The translations under genes and the position numbers were made by a program. This document shows positions 53,353-62,062 of a stretch of 64,000 bases of DNA, one piece after another. Position 1 is the stretch's first letter; the number at the start of each line of letters is the position of its first letter. The DNA is from Candidatus Magasanikbacteria bacterium RIFCSPHIGHO2_01_FULL_33_34. GTDB lineage: Bacteria; Patescibacteriota; Patescibacteriia; Magasanikbacterales; UBA922. The notes under the pieces were generated by a model. That model searched no databases. It was not told the DNA's origin and saw nothing but the letters and a program-made list of their open reading frames with translations. The stretch covers positions 84,553-148,552 of the forward strand of contig MFPS01000006.1 in assembly GCA_001782825.1 (NCBI GenBank), given 5' to 3'.

Positions 53353-53442
53353 CCGTCCAGAAATGTCAAGTGGTTAAGCTCCTAGTATATACTAGGATTT
53401 TATTATACAAAAGATAAATTTGGCTAATTTAAGCTAAATATA

Positions 53443-54006
53443 ATGAATATTATGAAAATAAATTGGTTTAAAAGCAAATTTTTGCCTAAGATTAGAAAAA
53501 AAATAGCTAATTTAAGCAAAAAAGTTGATAAAAAGAGTGTACTTAATTGTTTTAGAGCAAGAATGTTTTTGTTTTCGGTAGCTGTTTTTGTTTTGCCTTT
53601 TTTGGTGAGTTTGGATCAGGTTAGTAAACCAAGTTTTCCAGTTTCAGATGAACGTAAACCATTGGAAACTATATGGGTAGTAGCAACTGCTTATTCAAGT
53701 GAAGTGGCCCAAACTGATGATACACCATGTATACCAGCCGATGGATATGATTTGTGCGCTCATTATGATGAATATGGTGAAGGTAATACAATTGCTACCA
53801 ATTTTTTACCATTGGGAGCCCAGGTAAAAATTCCAGAGTTATATGGTGAAAAAGTGTTTATTGTTCACGATAGGATGAATAAGCGATATGGTCAAGGAAG
53901 GATAGATATCTGGATGCCATCTCGGGCAGAAGCTAAAGCCTTTGGAGTAAAAAGATTAAAAATTGAATATTATGGTGGTAGTAGGTGGAGAATAGTATCA
54001 AATTAA
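53443..54006 (+). CDS. 3D-domain (Asp-Asp-Asp) cell-wall protein; start uncertain
   Basis: ATAYSS..QTDDTPCI, IATNFLPLG, VHDRM, RIDIWM...FG. Confidence 0.85.
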   Translation: MNIMKINWFKSKFLPKIRKKIANLSKKVDKKSVLNCFRARMFLFSVAVFVLPFLVSLDQVSKPSFPVSDERKPLETIWVVATAYSSEVAQTDDTPCIPADGYDLCAHYDEYGEGNTIATNFLPLGAQVKIPELYGEKVFIVHDRMNKRYGQGRIDIWMPSRAEAKAFGVKRLKIEYYGGSRWRIVSN

Positions 54007-54037
54007 TACAAAACCCGCGAAAGCGGGTTTTTGTATT
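54005..54037. terminator. Bidirectional terminator
   Basis: AATACAAAACCCGC-gaaa-GCGGGTTTTTGTATT. Confidence 0.85.
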
Positions 54038-54054
54038 GGAGGTACGAGCGGGAA
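54037..54054 (-). repeat. Duplicate of the tRNA-Cys 3-prime end, ending in CCA
   Basis: TTCCCGCTCGTACCTCCA matches the tRNA T-stem/acceptor end. Confidence 0.85.
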
Positions 54055-54216
54055 GCTCACACGCTTCGCTTTTCGAGAACCTTCGGGTTCTCGAATAACT
54101 CTCCTCAGCATGTAAGGGGTTGCACCCCTTACCATCCCCAGTTCAATTCCCTTTTTTAAAAAACCTAAAATTAATTTTTCAGTTAAATAAAAAATAATCT
54201 ATAAGAACTTTGTTAG

Positions 54217-54288
<72 letters not shown>

Positions 54289-54333
54289 GTTTTATAAATT
54301 TTCTTGATTGTTTGAATAAACTTTGTTTTAAGT

Positions 54334-54386
54334 AGCAGGACCTGCCTGGACCTTGTCCGCCTCTGGAGGAACTTGGCTACCGTACC
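54334..54386 (-). pseudogene. Disrupted 5-prime-half copy of tRNA-Cys
   Basis: GGTACGGTAGCCAAGT + 15-nt palindrome + CAAGGTCCAGGCAGG. Confidence 0.75.
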
Positions 54387-54467
54387 TTATGATAGAGAGA
54401 TAATATCATATTTGTATCTTTTTTTCAATACCCTTATGTGCTAATATATATTGTATATAAAAATATT

Positions 54468-57155
54468 ATGGACAAGAAAAAAAGATTTATCATAATTGAT
54501 GGTAATGCCATTATCCATAGAGCATATTATGCTTTGCCACCCATGACGGCCAAAGATGGTACGATGGTGAATGCTGTATATGGTTTTACTTCAATGTTAC
54601 TTAAAGTCATAAATGATTTGAAACCAGATTATCTCACGGTTAGTTTTGATGTGGCTGGTGGTACTTTTCGTGACAAAATTTTTGATAATTACAAAGGTAC
54701 TCGTGAAAAAGCTGATCAAGATCTTTATGATCAAATTCCAATTTGTCATCAAGTAGTAGAAGCGATGGATATTCCAATTTATTTAAAAAAAGGTTATGAG
54801 GCGGATGATGTGATTGGTACAGTTGTAAAAAAATTGGAAAAAAAAGATTTGGAAATAATTATTGTGACAGGGGATATGGATATACTTCAACTTGTAAATT
54901 CTCAAGTAAAAGTTTTTCAGTTGAGAAAAGGTATAACAGACACAGTATTATTTGATGAAAAAGGTGTTATTGAAAAATATGGTTTTGGACCAGATAAAAT
55001 TATTGATTATAAATCATTGCGAGGAGATGCATCAGATAATATTCCTGGTATAAAAGGGATTGGCGAGAAGACTGCCAAGTTATTGATAGAAAAAATAGGC
55101 GGAATAAAAGAAATTTATGAAGACCTAGAGAAAAAAAATTCAATTTTGGAAAAAGAATTTAAATCAGGGGTGATTGAAAAAATAAAGATAGGAAAAAAAG
55201 ATGCATTGATGAGCCAAGAGTTAGCTACAATTCATACCGATGTTCAAGATTTAGATTTTAAATTGGAAGATTGTGCTGTAAATCCATTTGATGAAATAAA
55301 AATAAAGGATTTATTTTTTAAATTAGAATTTTTTTCTTTGCTTAAACGCGTGCCAGGGCTTAGTAAAAGTACAGTTAAAATTGAAAAAAATACTAAGAAT
55401 AAGGTTTCAAAAAAAATTAAATTGATTGATAAAAATAATTTTGATGAATTTTTAAAAAATATTGAAAAAACAGAAAAATTTGTATGTACAGAATCTTTGT
55501 CTGGCCAAAATGTGATGACTGATGAGTTTATGGGACTAGTGTTTTTGTGTGATGGCGAGACTTATTATATAGATTGGAAAAAAATAAATGAAAAAAATAA
55601 AAAAGAATTAACAAAAGTATTTTCAGATAAAAATAAAATTTTTGTTGGGTATGATTTGAAGCAGGTTATAAAGTTGCTAAAGTTAAATAATATTGAAGTT
55701 GAGAATAAATTATTTGATATTATGATTGCTTCGTATTTGATTAACTCTAGTGTGCGATCACATGGATTGCGAGGTTTGGTGATTCGTGAATTAAATATAG
55801 AATTGCCAGAAGTCAATACGCAAGTAAGCTTGTTTGGGTTAGATCCACAAGAATTAGCAGATCAACTTGGTTATATTGATTTACTTGAGCAAAAATTTAA
55901 AGTTGATTTGGTCAAACATGAAGATTTGGGATTGTTTGAAAAAGTAGAGATGAAATTAATTAAAGTCTTGGCAGAGATGGAAATAAATGGCATGGCGGTT
56001 GACAGGGATTTGCTTGAAAAACTATCTAAAGAAGCAGGTGAAAGATTAAAAAAACTTGTATCAAATATCCATAAAGAAGCAGGCGAAGAGTTTAATGTAG
56101 CGTCGTCAGTTCAGCTTCGTGAGATATTGTTTGAAAAAATGAATTTGTCGGCAGAAGGAATTAAAAAGGGAAAAACAGGGTATTCAACGGCTGCATCCGA
56201 ATTGGAAAAATTGAGAGGTACACATCCTATTATAGAAATGATTGAGGAGTTTCGTGAAGTGGAAAAATTACGAAATACATATATTGATGTTTTGCCAAAT
56301 TTAATCAATAAAAAAACCAATAGAATTCATACTACATTTAATCAAGCAATAACAACAACTGGTAGATTGTCGAGCTCTGATCCAAATTTACAAAATATTC
56401 CGATTAGAACAGAATTGGGCCGTGAAATTCGCAAAGCATTTGTGGCTGAAAAAGGCAATATATTGATCGCAGCAGATTATTCTCAAATTGAACTTCGTAT
56501 TGTGGCTTCTCTTGCTAAAGACAAAAGATTGATTGAAATTTTTACAAATGGAGAAGATGTTCATAAAGCAACGGCTGCTATTATAAATAATGTTAAATTA
56601 GATGAAGTTACTCGTGAAATGCGCTATGCAGCCAAGGAAGTTAATTTTGGTGTACTCTATGGTATGGGTGCCTATGGTTTGTCATGGCGAGCGGGTATTC
56701 CGCAATGGCAGGCCAAAGAATTTATTGATGAATATTTCAAAAATTTTTCTGGTGTAAAAAAATATATTGATCAAACATTAAAATTCGCCAAAGAAGAAGG
56801 TTATGTAGAAACTTTGTTTGGCAGAAGACGTTATATTCCAGAATTAACATCAGAAAATTTTCAATTACGAAATGCGGGTGAGAGAATGGCTGTGAATATG
56901 CCAATTCAAGGTACTGCTGCTGATATTATGAAAATGGCAATGATTGAAGTGAGTGAACAAATAAAAAAGCATAAAAAAAATAAAGATATCAAATTGATTC
57001 TTCAGGTGCATGATGAAGTTGTGTTGGAAGTAAAAAAAGGAATAGAGAGTGAAATTGCAAATCTTGTAAAAAAAGCTATGGAATCAGTAGTTGAGTTGAA
57101 TGTTCCGATTGAAGTTAAAACTAGTATAAACAAGAATTGGGGTGAAATGAAATAG
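54468..57155 (+). CDS. polA: DNA polymerase I
   Basis: IIDGNAIIHRAYY, EADD, GDASDNIPG, DYSQIELR, LQVHDE; start moved to ATG 54468. Confidence 0.97.
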   Translation: MDKKKRFIIIDGNAIIHRAYYALPPMTAKDGTMVNAVYGFTSMLLKVINDLKPDYLTVSFDVAGGTFRDKIFDNYKGTREKADQDLYDQIPICHQVVEAMDIPIYLKKGYEADDVIGTVVKKLEKKDLEIIIVTGDMDILQLVNSQVKVFQLRKGITDTVLFDEKGVIEKYGFGPDKIIDYKSLRGDASDNIPGIKGIGEKTAKLLIEKIGGIKEIYEDLEKKNSILEKEFKSGVIEKIKIGKKDALMSQELATIHTDVQDLDFKLEDCAVNPFDEIKIKDLFFKLEFFSLLKRVPGLSKSTVKIEKNTKNKVSKKIKLIDKNNFDEFLKNIEKTEKFVCTESLSGQNVMTDEFMGLVFLCDGETYYIDWKKINEKNKKELTKVFSDKNKIFVGYDLKQVIKLLKLNNIEVENKLFDIMIASYLINSSVRSHGLRGLVIRELNIELPEVNTQVSLFGLDPQELADQLGYIDLLEQKFKVDLVKHEDLGLFEKVEMKLIKVLAEMEINGMAVDRDLLEKLSKEAGERLKKLVSNIHKEAGEEFNVASSVQLREILFEKMNLSAEGIKKGKTGYSTAASELEKLRGTHPIIEMIEEFREVEKLRNTYIDVLPNLINKKTNRIHTTFNQAITTTGRLSSSDPNLQNIPIRTELGREIRKAFVAEKGNILIAADYSQIELRIVASLAKDKRLIEIFTNGEDVHKATAAIINNVKLDEVTREMRYAAKEVNFGVLYGMGAYGLSWRAGIPQWQAKEFIDEYFKNFSGVKKYIDQTLKFAKEEGYVETLFGRRRYIPELTSENFQLRNAGERMAVNMPIQGTAADIMKMAMIEVSEQIKKHKKNKDIKLILQVHDEVVLEVKKGIESEIANLVKKAMESVVELNVPIEVKTSINKNWGEMK

Positions 57156-57193
57156 TGAGGACGCTCTTGCGCCCCCACATTCTTTCCCCCTAT

Positions 57194-57421
57194 TTAGCTG
57201 TTGTTGTCGACTCTTCTGATTCGGTCTCTGCGACCCCTGCCCTTGGGCTTACTGGTGTTGTTAGTAGTATTTTCTGAAAAAGGTATGATTTTTTGTTCAG
57301 GTTTTTGTAGTGGTCTTGTACTAACACGGAGTCTAATGACTGGTTTTGTCGATCTTCCTGTGGAAGACCGACCACGATGATTAACTCCCATCAGAGAGCC
57401 ACCAAAACGATTGGCTTTCAT
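57194..57421 (-). CDS. Small Arg/Lys-rich hypothetical protein
   Basis: 75 aa; SD GGAGG; extended -10 TGaTATACT just upstream. Confidence 0.5.
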   Translation of the reverse strand: MKANRFGGSLMGVNHRGRSSTGRSTKPVIRLRVSTRPLQKPEQKIIPFSENTTNNTSKPKGRGRRDRIRRVDNNS

Positions 57422-57451
57422 TGTGTTTCCTCCAAATTTAGTATATCACAA

Positions 57452-57566
57452 TAAAAAAAAGTCGGCGACCGTGTTGCCACGGTCGCCGTGCAAGCAAGTA
57501 AGGTGGGGGGGACACCTTAGCTTCTCGCGTGACCGACCTGAGCCGAAGCTCGAAGGTACAGTCGAT
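57452..57566 (-). ncRNA. Candidate ~110-nt three-hairpin sRNA with a C-rich loop
   Basis: Promoter TTGACA-17-TATCAT (57599-57571); UUCG hairpin; UAAGGUG-UCCCCCC-CACCUUA; 11-bp GCAA-loop terminator + U8. Confidence 0.65.
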
Positions 57567-57662
57567 TCATATGATAGCATATAAATTTTATTTTGTCAAG
57601 ACTTGATCATTTACATTATTTTTTTAACAATGGTAGAATAGAGCAATCAATTAAGACTATAT

Positions 57663-58631
57663 ATGTATATATTTATTTACGGAAAAGATAATTTTAGAAG
57701 TCAAAAATTTTTATCAGATAATATTGATAGATTTATTAAAGAAAGAGATCCACAAAAACTTAATACTGTTATTTTGGACTGTTTGAACAACAATAGAGTA
57801 GATTTTATGGGACAGATTTTGGCGCAACCATTTTTGGCAGAAAAAAGGATGATTGTATTGAAAAATTTACTTATTAGCAAAAATGAAGAATTGCAGATGG
57901 AGATAGTAAAAAGATTGAAAGAAAATAATTTACCAGAGAATAATATAATTATTTTTTGGGAGAGTATTGATACTGTTAAAACAAAATTAGGAAAAGAGTT
58001 GTTGGATATATTAAAAAAAGGAAAATTTTCAAGTAAATTTGATGAACTTAAGGGTGTGGATTTGGCCAGTTGGATTAGAGAAGAAATAAAAAATAGAGGT
58101 GGTAGTGTTGACAACACAGCTGTAGAATATTTAGTTAAGGAAAGTAAAGGAGATATCTGGCATTTAAATTCTTTGATTAATCAGCTTGTTTCTTATTGCA
58201 ATGATAGAGAAATTAATGTTAGCGATGTTGAGATTTTTTTGGAGGAAAGGTTTGATGATAATATTTTTAATTTGGTGGATGCAATAGTTGGTAAAAGAGA
58301 AAAAGAAGTTTATAAAATGATTCAAGAGCAATATCGTATTGGTGAAGACGTGCAATTTATGTTTGCAATGATATTGAGACAATTTAGAATAATAATTGAA
58401 TTGCGTGATTTGTTTGAAAGACAAAGTAAAATGAATAGCGATGAGATTGCCAAAAAATTAAAATTGCATCCGTTTGTGGTCAAAAAAACCTTGCCACTTA
58501 CTAGGCATTACAATATGGAAAAATTGAAATGTATCTATGATGATTTACTTGAGCTAGATATTCAAATAAAAACTAGTAAAGGCAATAATGAAATGTTATT
58601 AGATTTATTTGTTGCTCGTGTTTGTGTATAA
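57663..58631 (+). CDS. holA: DNA polymerase III subunit delta
   Basis: FIYGKDNF, PFLAEKRMIVL, IFNLVDAI, HPFVVKK, DIQIKT; adjacent to rpsT. Confidence 0.9.
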   Translation: MYIFIYGKDNFRSQKFLSDNIDRFIKERDPQKLNTVILDCLNNNRVDFMGQILAQPFLAEKRMIVLKNLLISKNEELQMEIVKRLKENNLPENNIIIFWESIDTVKTKLGKELLDILKKGKFSSKFDELKGVDLASWIREEIKNRGGSVDNTAVEYLVKESKGDIWHLNSLINQLVSYCNDREINVSDVEIFLEERFDDNIFNLVDAIVGKREKEVYKMIQEQYRIGEDVQFMFAMILRQFRIIIELRDLFERQSKMNSDEIAKKLKLHPFVVKKTLPLTRHYNMEKLKCIYDDLLELDIQIKTSKGNNEMLLDLFVARVCV

Positions 58632-58634
58632 AAC

Positions 58635-58658
58635 AAAATACTCCTTTCGGAGTATTTT
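58635..58658. terminator. Bidirectional terminator between holA and rpsT
   Basis: AAAATACTCC-tttc-GGAGTATTTT. Confidence 0.85.
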
Positions 58659-58661
58659 TAT

Positions 58662-58919
58662 TTATTTTGCTTTTGCTACTCTTTTTGCTAGACGTGATAT
58701 TTTTCTGCTAGCAGTTTTAGCTTTGATAACACCTTTTTTAGCAGCTTTATCAAGTTTTTTTTGAGCTAAACGTAATTCTTCTTTTACATCCATTTTTGCT
58801 TCTAGATTTTTTACTACAGTTTTGACGGCTTTCTTAGCAGCATCTCTGATTTCTTTATTAGCAATTGCGCGTTTCTTGGCTTGTCTCAATGCTTTTTTAG
58901 CATTATTTTTAATTGGCAT
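58662..58919 (-). CDS. rpsT: 30S ribosomal protein S20
   Basis: AKKALRQ, LDKAAKKGVI, ASRKISRL. Confidence 0.95.
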   Translation of the reverse strand: MPIKNNAKKALRQAKKRAIANKEIRDAAKKAVKTVVKNLEAKMDVKEELRLAQKKLDKAAKKGVIKAKTASRKISRLAKRVAKAK

Positions 58920-59006
58920 ATTTTGTTATTATTATAAATTTTTGAATGTGTAGAAAAGTATAGCTGATTAATTGATTTTTGTCAAGTAAATAGAAAGCTA
59001 TGCGTT

Positions 59007-60095
59007 TTATTGTTCAGTATTTGGCTTGTCAATCATAATTGGATCAATTACCTCTTCTTTGCTTTCGGTAATTTTTAGGATATCTTTGTCTACTTTGGAA
59101 AGTTCTTTATAAGCAGTATTATAATGATTTACTGTGGTACCGAGGCTATTACCGAGTTTTTTCATAAACTCATCTTGGGTTTTTATGTGTTTGCCAAGCG
59201 CTTCTACATTTTTACGGATACTTTTTGCTCCTTCTTCAATTTTGAAAGCGCGTAATCCTTGGAGGACTGTTTGCAAATAAGCTGCAAAAGTAGTCGGTGA
59301 AACTATAACTACTTTTTTTTCTATAAAAGCATAATCTATTAGATCACGGGTGTTTACTTTTACTGCCCCAATTTCATTTACTAACAAATCATAATATATT
59401 GCTTCGCTAGGGATAAACATAAAAGCGAATTCTAATGTTCCCTCTTTTGGTTTGATATATTTGGCAGTTTCATCAATTCTTTTTTTCAAATCTTGTTTAA
59501 ATTCTTTCTCTAAAGTTGTGCGTACAATATCATCTTTTTCATTATTAATTTTTTGATAATTTTCCAAAGAAAATTTGGCATCAACTGGGATGAGACCGTC
59601 TTTGGTGATGATGGCCGCATCAACGGTATCGCCATCTTTAAATGAATATTGTAAGTGAAAAGCATTTGGTGGCAATATATTTTCAAGTACAAGGCGTAAA
59701 CCAGCTTCACCTAGATTGCCACGCTGTTTTTGGCTTTTTAAAACTTTTTCTAGATTGGACAATTGTTCAGAAAAACCAATAACTTGTTGATTGGTTTTAT
59801 CAAGACTGGTTAATTTTTCGGTAATTTCAGTAATTATTCTGGAGCTTTGTCCGTGTTGCTCACGCAAAGTTTTGCTAATATCATTTTGAGTTTCAAACAT
59901 TGATTTATTGGCTTCTGTCATTCTTTGTTCAAAAGCGCGATTCAATTCTTGCATTTGATTTTGCAACATAGTGAATTGATTTTGTTCACCTTCTTTTGGT
60001 TTGCCTTGTTCAATAATTTTTTTATACATTAAATATATTAAAATAATTGCCCCGATAAGGCCAATTGATAAAAATATGAGAAGAAATGTCTGCAT
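59007..60095 (-). CDS. rmuC: DNA recombination protein RmuC
   Basis: RGNLGE, VDAKF, FMFIPSE, VSPTT. Confidence 0.93.
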   Translation of the reverse strand: MQTFLLIFLSIGLIGAIILIYLMYKKIIEQGKPKEGEQNQFTMLQNQMQELNRAFEQRMTEANKSMFETQNDISKTLREQHGQSSRIITEITEKLTSLDKTNQQVIGFSEQLSNLEKVLKSQKQRGNLGEAGLRLVLENILPPNAFHLQYSFKDGDTVDAAIITKDGLIPVDAKFSLENYQKINNEKDDIVRTTLEKEFKQDLKKRIDETAKYIKPKEGTLEFAFMFIPSEAIYYDLLVNEIGAVKVNTRDLIDYAFIEKKVVIVSPTTFAAYLQTVLQGLRAFKIEEGAKSIRKNVEALGKHIKTQDEFMKKLGNSLGTTVNHYNTAYKELSKVDKDILKITESKEEVIDPIMIDKPNTEQ

Positions 60096-60182
60096 ACACT
60101 TGATTTTTTAAGTAAAATAGTCTAATATTACACCAAAATATAGTGCTATTATAGCATGAAAAATAGCTTTAGCAAGTTAAAC

Positions 60183-60254
60183 CCTTTCGTAGTTCAATGG
60201 ATAGAACAAGACACTCCTAACGTCTAGATCCAAGTTCGATTCTTGGCGAGAGGA
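60183..60254 (+). tRNA. tRNA-Arg(CCT)
   Basis: CCTTTCG/CGAGAGG acceptor, GTTC/GAAC D-stem, loop CTCCTAA, CCAAG-TTCGATT-CTTGG. Confidence 0.9.
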
Positions 60255-60257
60255 CTA

Positions 60258-60359
60258 ATCGTAGTAGTTTCAGCCATAGGCTGATCAGCCTTTGGCTGAC
60301 AATGGATAGAACAAGACACTCCTAACGTCTAGATCCAAGTTCGATTCTTGGTGAGAGCA
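60258..60359 (+). pseudogene. Tandem tRNA-Arg copy with a 30-nt palindromic insertion in the D-arm and an unpaired acceptor stem
   Basis: 60300-60351 identical to 60195-60246; insertion at 60270-60299. Confidence 0.85.
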
Positions 60360-60464
60360 CAAAAATTATATTTACAAACAGTTGACATAAGGGTAGGTTT
60401 TGTGGTATTTAATTATAAGGTTTTATAAATGTGTATGAACGAACCATCAAGCAAGGAGCATGTT

Positions 60465-60779
60465 ATGACTAACATTCTTTTCATTGAAGATGATGGGAGT
60501 CGTTCTCCGTATGATCCAAATATTCATAAAACAAGGGTTAACAAGTTTCTTTATTGGGACACTTTGTTGATTACTGGACCACAGGAATATCATAATACAT
60601 TGTATAAGTGTTATATCAACAATAAAGATGATCAGCAATTATTGAGCGCATCAGGTATTTTGGGTGCAGGAAATTGTGCCTATAGTAAAGTGGTAAGCTG
60701 GTCTTCCTTAGGATATCGTATTAAAACACCAGAAGATTTGAAACAAACAATTCTTGATCTTTTGCAAATGGAGTATTAA
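60465..60779 (+). CDS. Hypothetical protein (stand-alone cassette)
   Basis: SD AAGGAG before ATG 60465; TTGACA at 60382. Confidence 0.6.
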   Translation: MTNILFIEDDGSRSPYDPNIHKTRVNKFLYWDTLLITGPQEYHNTLYKCYINNKDDQQLLSASGILGAGNCAYSKVVSWSSLGYRIKTPEDLKQTILDLLQMEY

Positions 60780-60854
60780 AAATAAAATTCATATACAAAA
60801 CAAAAACCTGAGGCCGGAGATAATATCAATGGCTTTTTGTAAATTTAAAATAAA

Positions 60855-61856
60855 TTAACTTGTTGGTTTTATTGTAATTTCATCATTTCTCAAATCTTTG
60901 GATAAGGCTTTGAGTAAAGCATAAGCATTACTTTCTTCTGTATTTGGGTTATTGGTTTTTTTGACTATTTCCCAGTAGCCTGCTTTAGATTCGTTATCTT
61001 TTTTGTCCGCAATATTTTCGTATAGTCCTATTTCATTTTCAGGAATTTCTTTTAATGATTTTGTATAATATAGTACAAGTGGTTCTGACTTCCCTATTTG
61101 TATTTGGACTTTTTTACAATCATTTATTTTTTTATTAAGATCCAAGCTATCTTTTACAGATATACGCACATTGCCAAATTTGTCAGCATAAGCAAATTCT
61201 ATATCTTTTGTTTGAGTCTCAATTATATTTGGGTGTTTGCCAAGTTTTTTGGCTTTTAATAGTTCTTCTCTATTTTTGTATTGGAATATTGGCTCTAATA
61301 TATTTGGAAAATAACGAGTAGTGGTAATTATAGAAGAACGAAATTGTTCTTTTTGGCCATCTGTTGTAGGGATTTTTTCATTTGGTATTTTGTATAGAGC
61401 CAATATTTTGTTTCTAGTTTCTAAGGTTTTCAGAGTGCTGATTGGGACACAATAGATTTCTAGTAAATCATCGGTGATAGCTAGATGAAAATCATTGCCA
61501 TTTTTTCCGTTAGCTGTAGCTTCTTTACTTCTTGGCGCGCAATTGGCGATAGATATAATTGTGCCTTCGGTAAATTGTTTGGAAACTTGTTTACCTTTTT
61601 GTTTTTTTACAAGCTGTATAATGCGTTTTTGTTCAGTCAAAAGATCACTGAGTAGATTCAAGCCATATTCTGCTTGGTAAAGATTATTTCCTATGGGGTA
61701 AGTTTTGTCACTCAAGTTTCCTAAATTCCTAATAATAGCAGTGAGTTCGGCATCAAAATCAACTGATTGATCAGAAAATACATCATTGAAATGTACAATA
61801 GCATTAACTTTGCGGGATAAAAGTTTTTTGTATTGGGGCAGTATTTTTTTGGTCAT
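60855..61856 (-). CDS. Divergent SAM hydroxide adenosyltransferase / DUF62 (fluorinase-chlorinase superfamily) protein
   Basis: Motif order parallels DUF62: N-terminal Asp, GTIISIANCAPR (~GTVHVAVVDPG), QFRS (~TFHGRD), YADKFGNV (~IDxFGN), YWEIV...NAYALL. Confidence 0.6.
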   Translation of the reverse strand: MTKKILPQYKKLLSRKVNAIVHFNDVFSDQSVDFDAELTAIIRNLGNLSDKTYPIGNNLYQAEYGLNLLSDLLTEQKRIIQLVKKQKGKQVSKQFTEGTIISIANCAPRSKEATANGKNGNDFHLAITDDLLEIYCVPISTLKTLETRNKILALYKIPNEKIPTTDGQKEQFRSSIITTTRYFPNILEPIFQYKNREELLKAKKLGKHPNIIETQTKDIEFAYADKFGNVRISVKDSLDLNKKINDCKKVQIQIGKSEPLVLYYTKSLKEIPENEIGLYENIADKKDNESKAGYWEIVKKTNNPNTEESNAYALLKALSKDLRNDEITIKPTS

Positions 61857-61879
61857 ACTTATATTAAATAATTAAAATT

Positions 61880-61902
61880 AAAAAAGCCAGCTGTGTAGCT
61901 GG
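61880..61902 (-). terminator. Attenuator terminator (3:4 hairpin)
   Basis: CCAGCU-ACAC-AGCUGG-C-UUUUUU on the minus strand. Confidence 0.8.
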
Positions 61903-61926
61903 ATTGATATATTAGACTATAAAAAA

Positions 61927-61992
61927 TCAACTCAGCTCACAGAGGTTCTGCATCATCATATCCATCATTGAGTTGTTTATTCTTTTTATCAT
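61927..61992 (-). CDS. Met-rich attenuator leader peptide MIKRINNSMMDMMMQNLCELS
   Basis: ATG ATA AAA AGA ATA AAC AAC TCA ATG ATG GAT ATG ATG ATG CAG AAC CTC TGT GAG CTG AGT TGA; overlaps the antiterminator. Confidence 0.8.
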   Translation of the reverse strand: MIKRINNSMMDMMMQNLCELS

Positions 61993-62003
61993 ATTGCTGA
62001 TAT

Positions 62004-62032
62004 ATTAAACCATGTATATATTTTTTTGTCAA
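62004..62032 (-). promoter_or_regulatory. Sigma70 promoter of the leader/DUF62-like gene
   Basis: TTGACA-17-TTTAAT with extended TG; 11 nt before the leader ATG. Confidence 0.7.
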
Positions 62033-62062
62033 GTTGGGAGTGTGAATGGTCTATATTTAATT

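Noticed and set aside
57452-57566. SRP (4.5S) RNA or c-di-GMP riboswitch
   Set aside because: UCAGGUC is present but the GNRA/AGCAG helix-8 motif is missing; no GEMM GAAA tetraloop/receptor layout.
61857-62040. SAM riboswitch or T-box upstream of the SAM-hydrolase-like gene
   Set aside because: No SAM-I (AUCNAGAG...GAU), SAM-II or T-box (GGUGGNACC) core; the Met-codon leader explains the structure.
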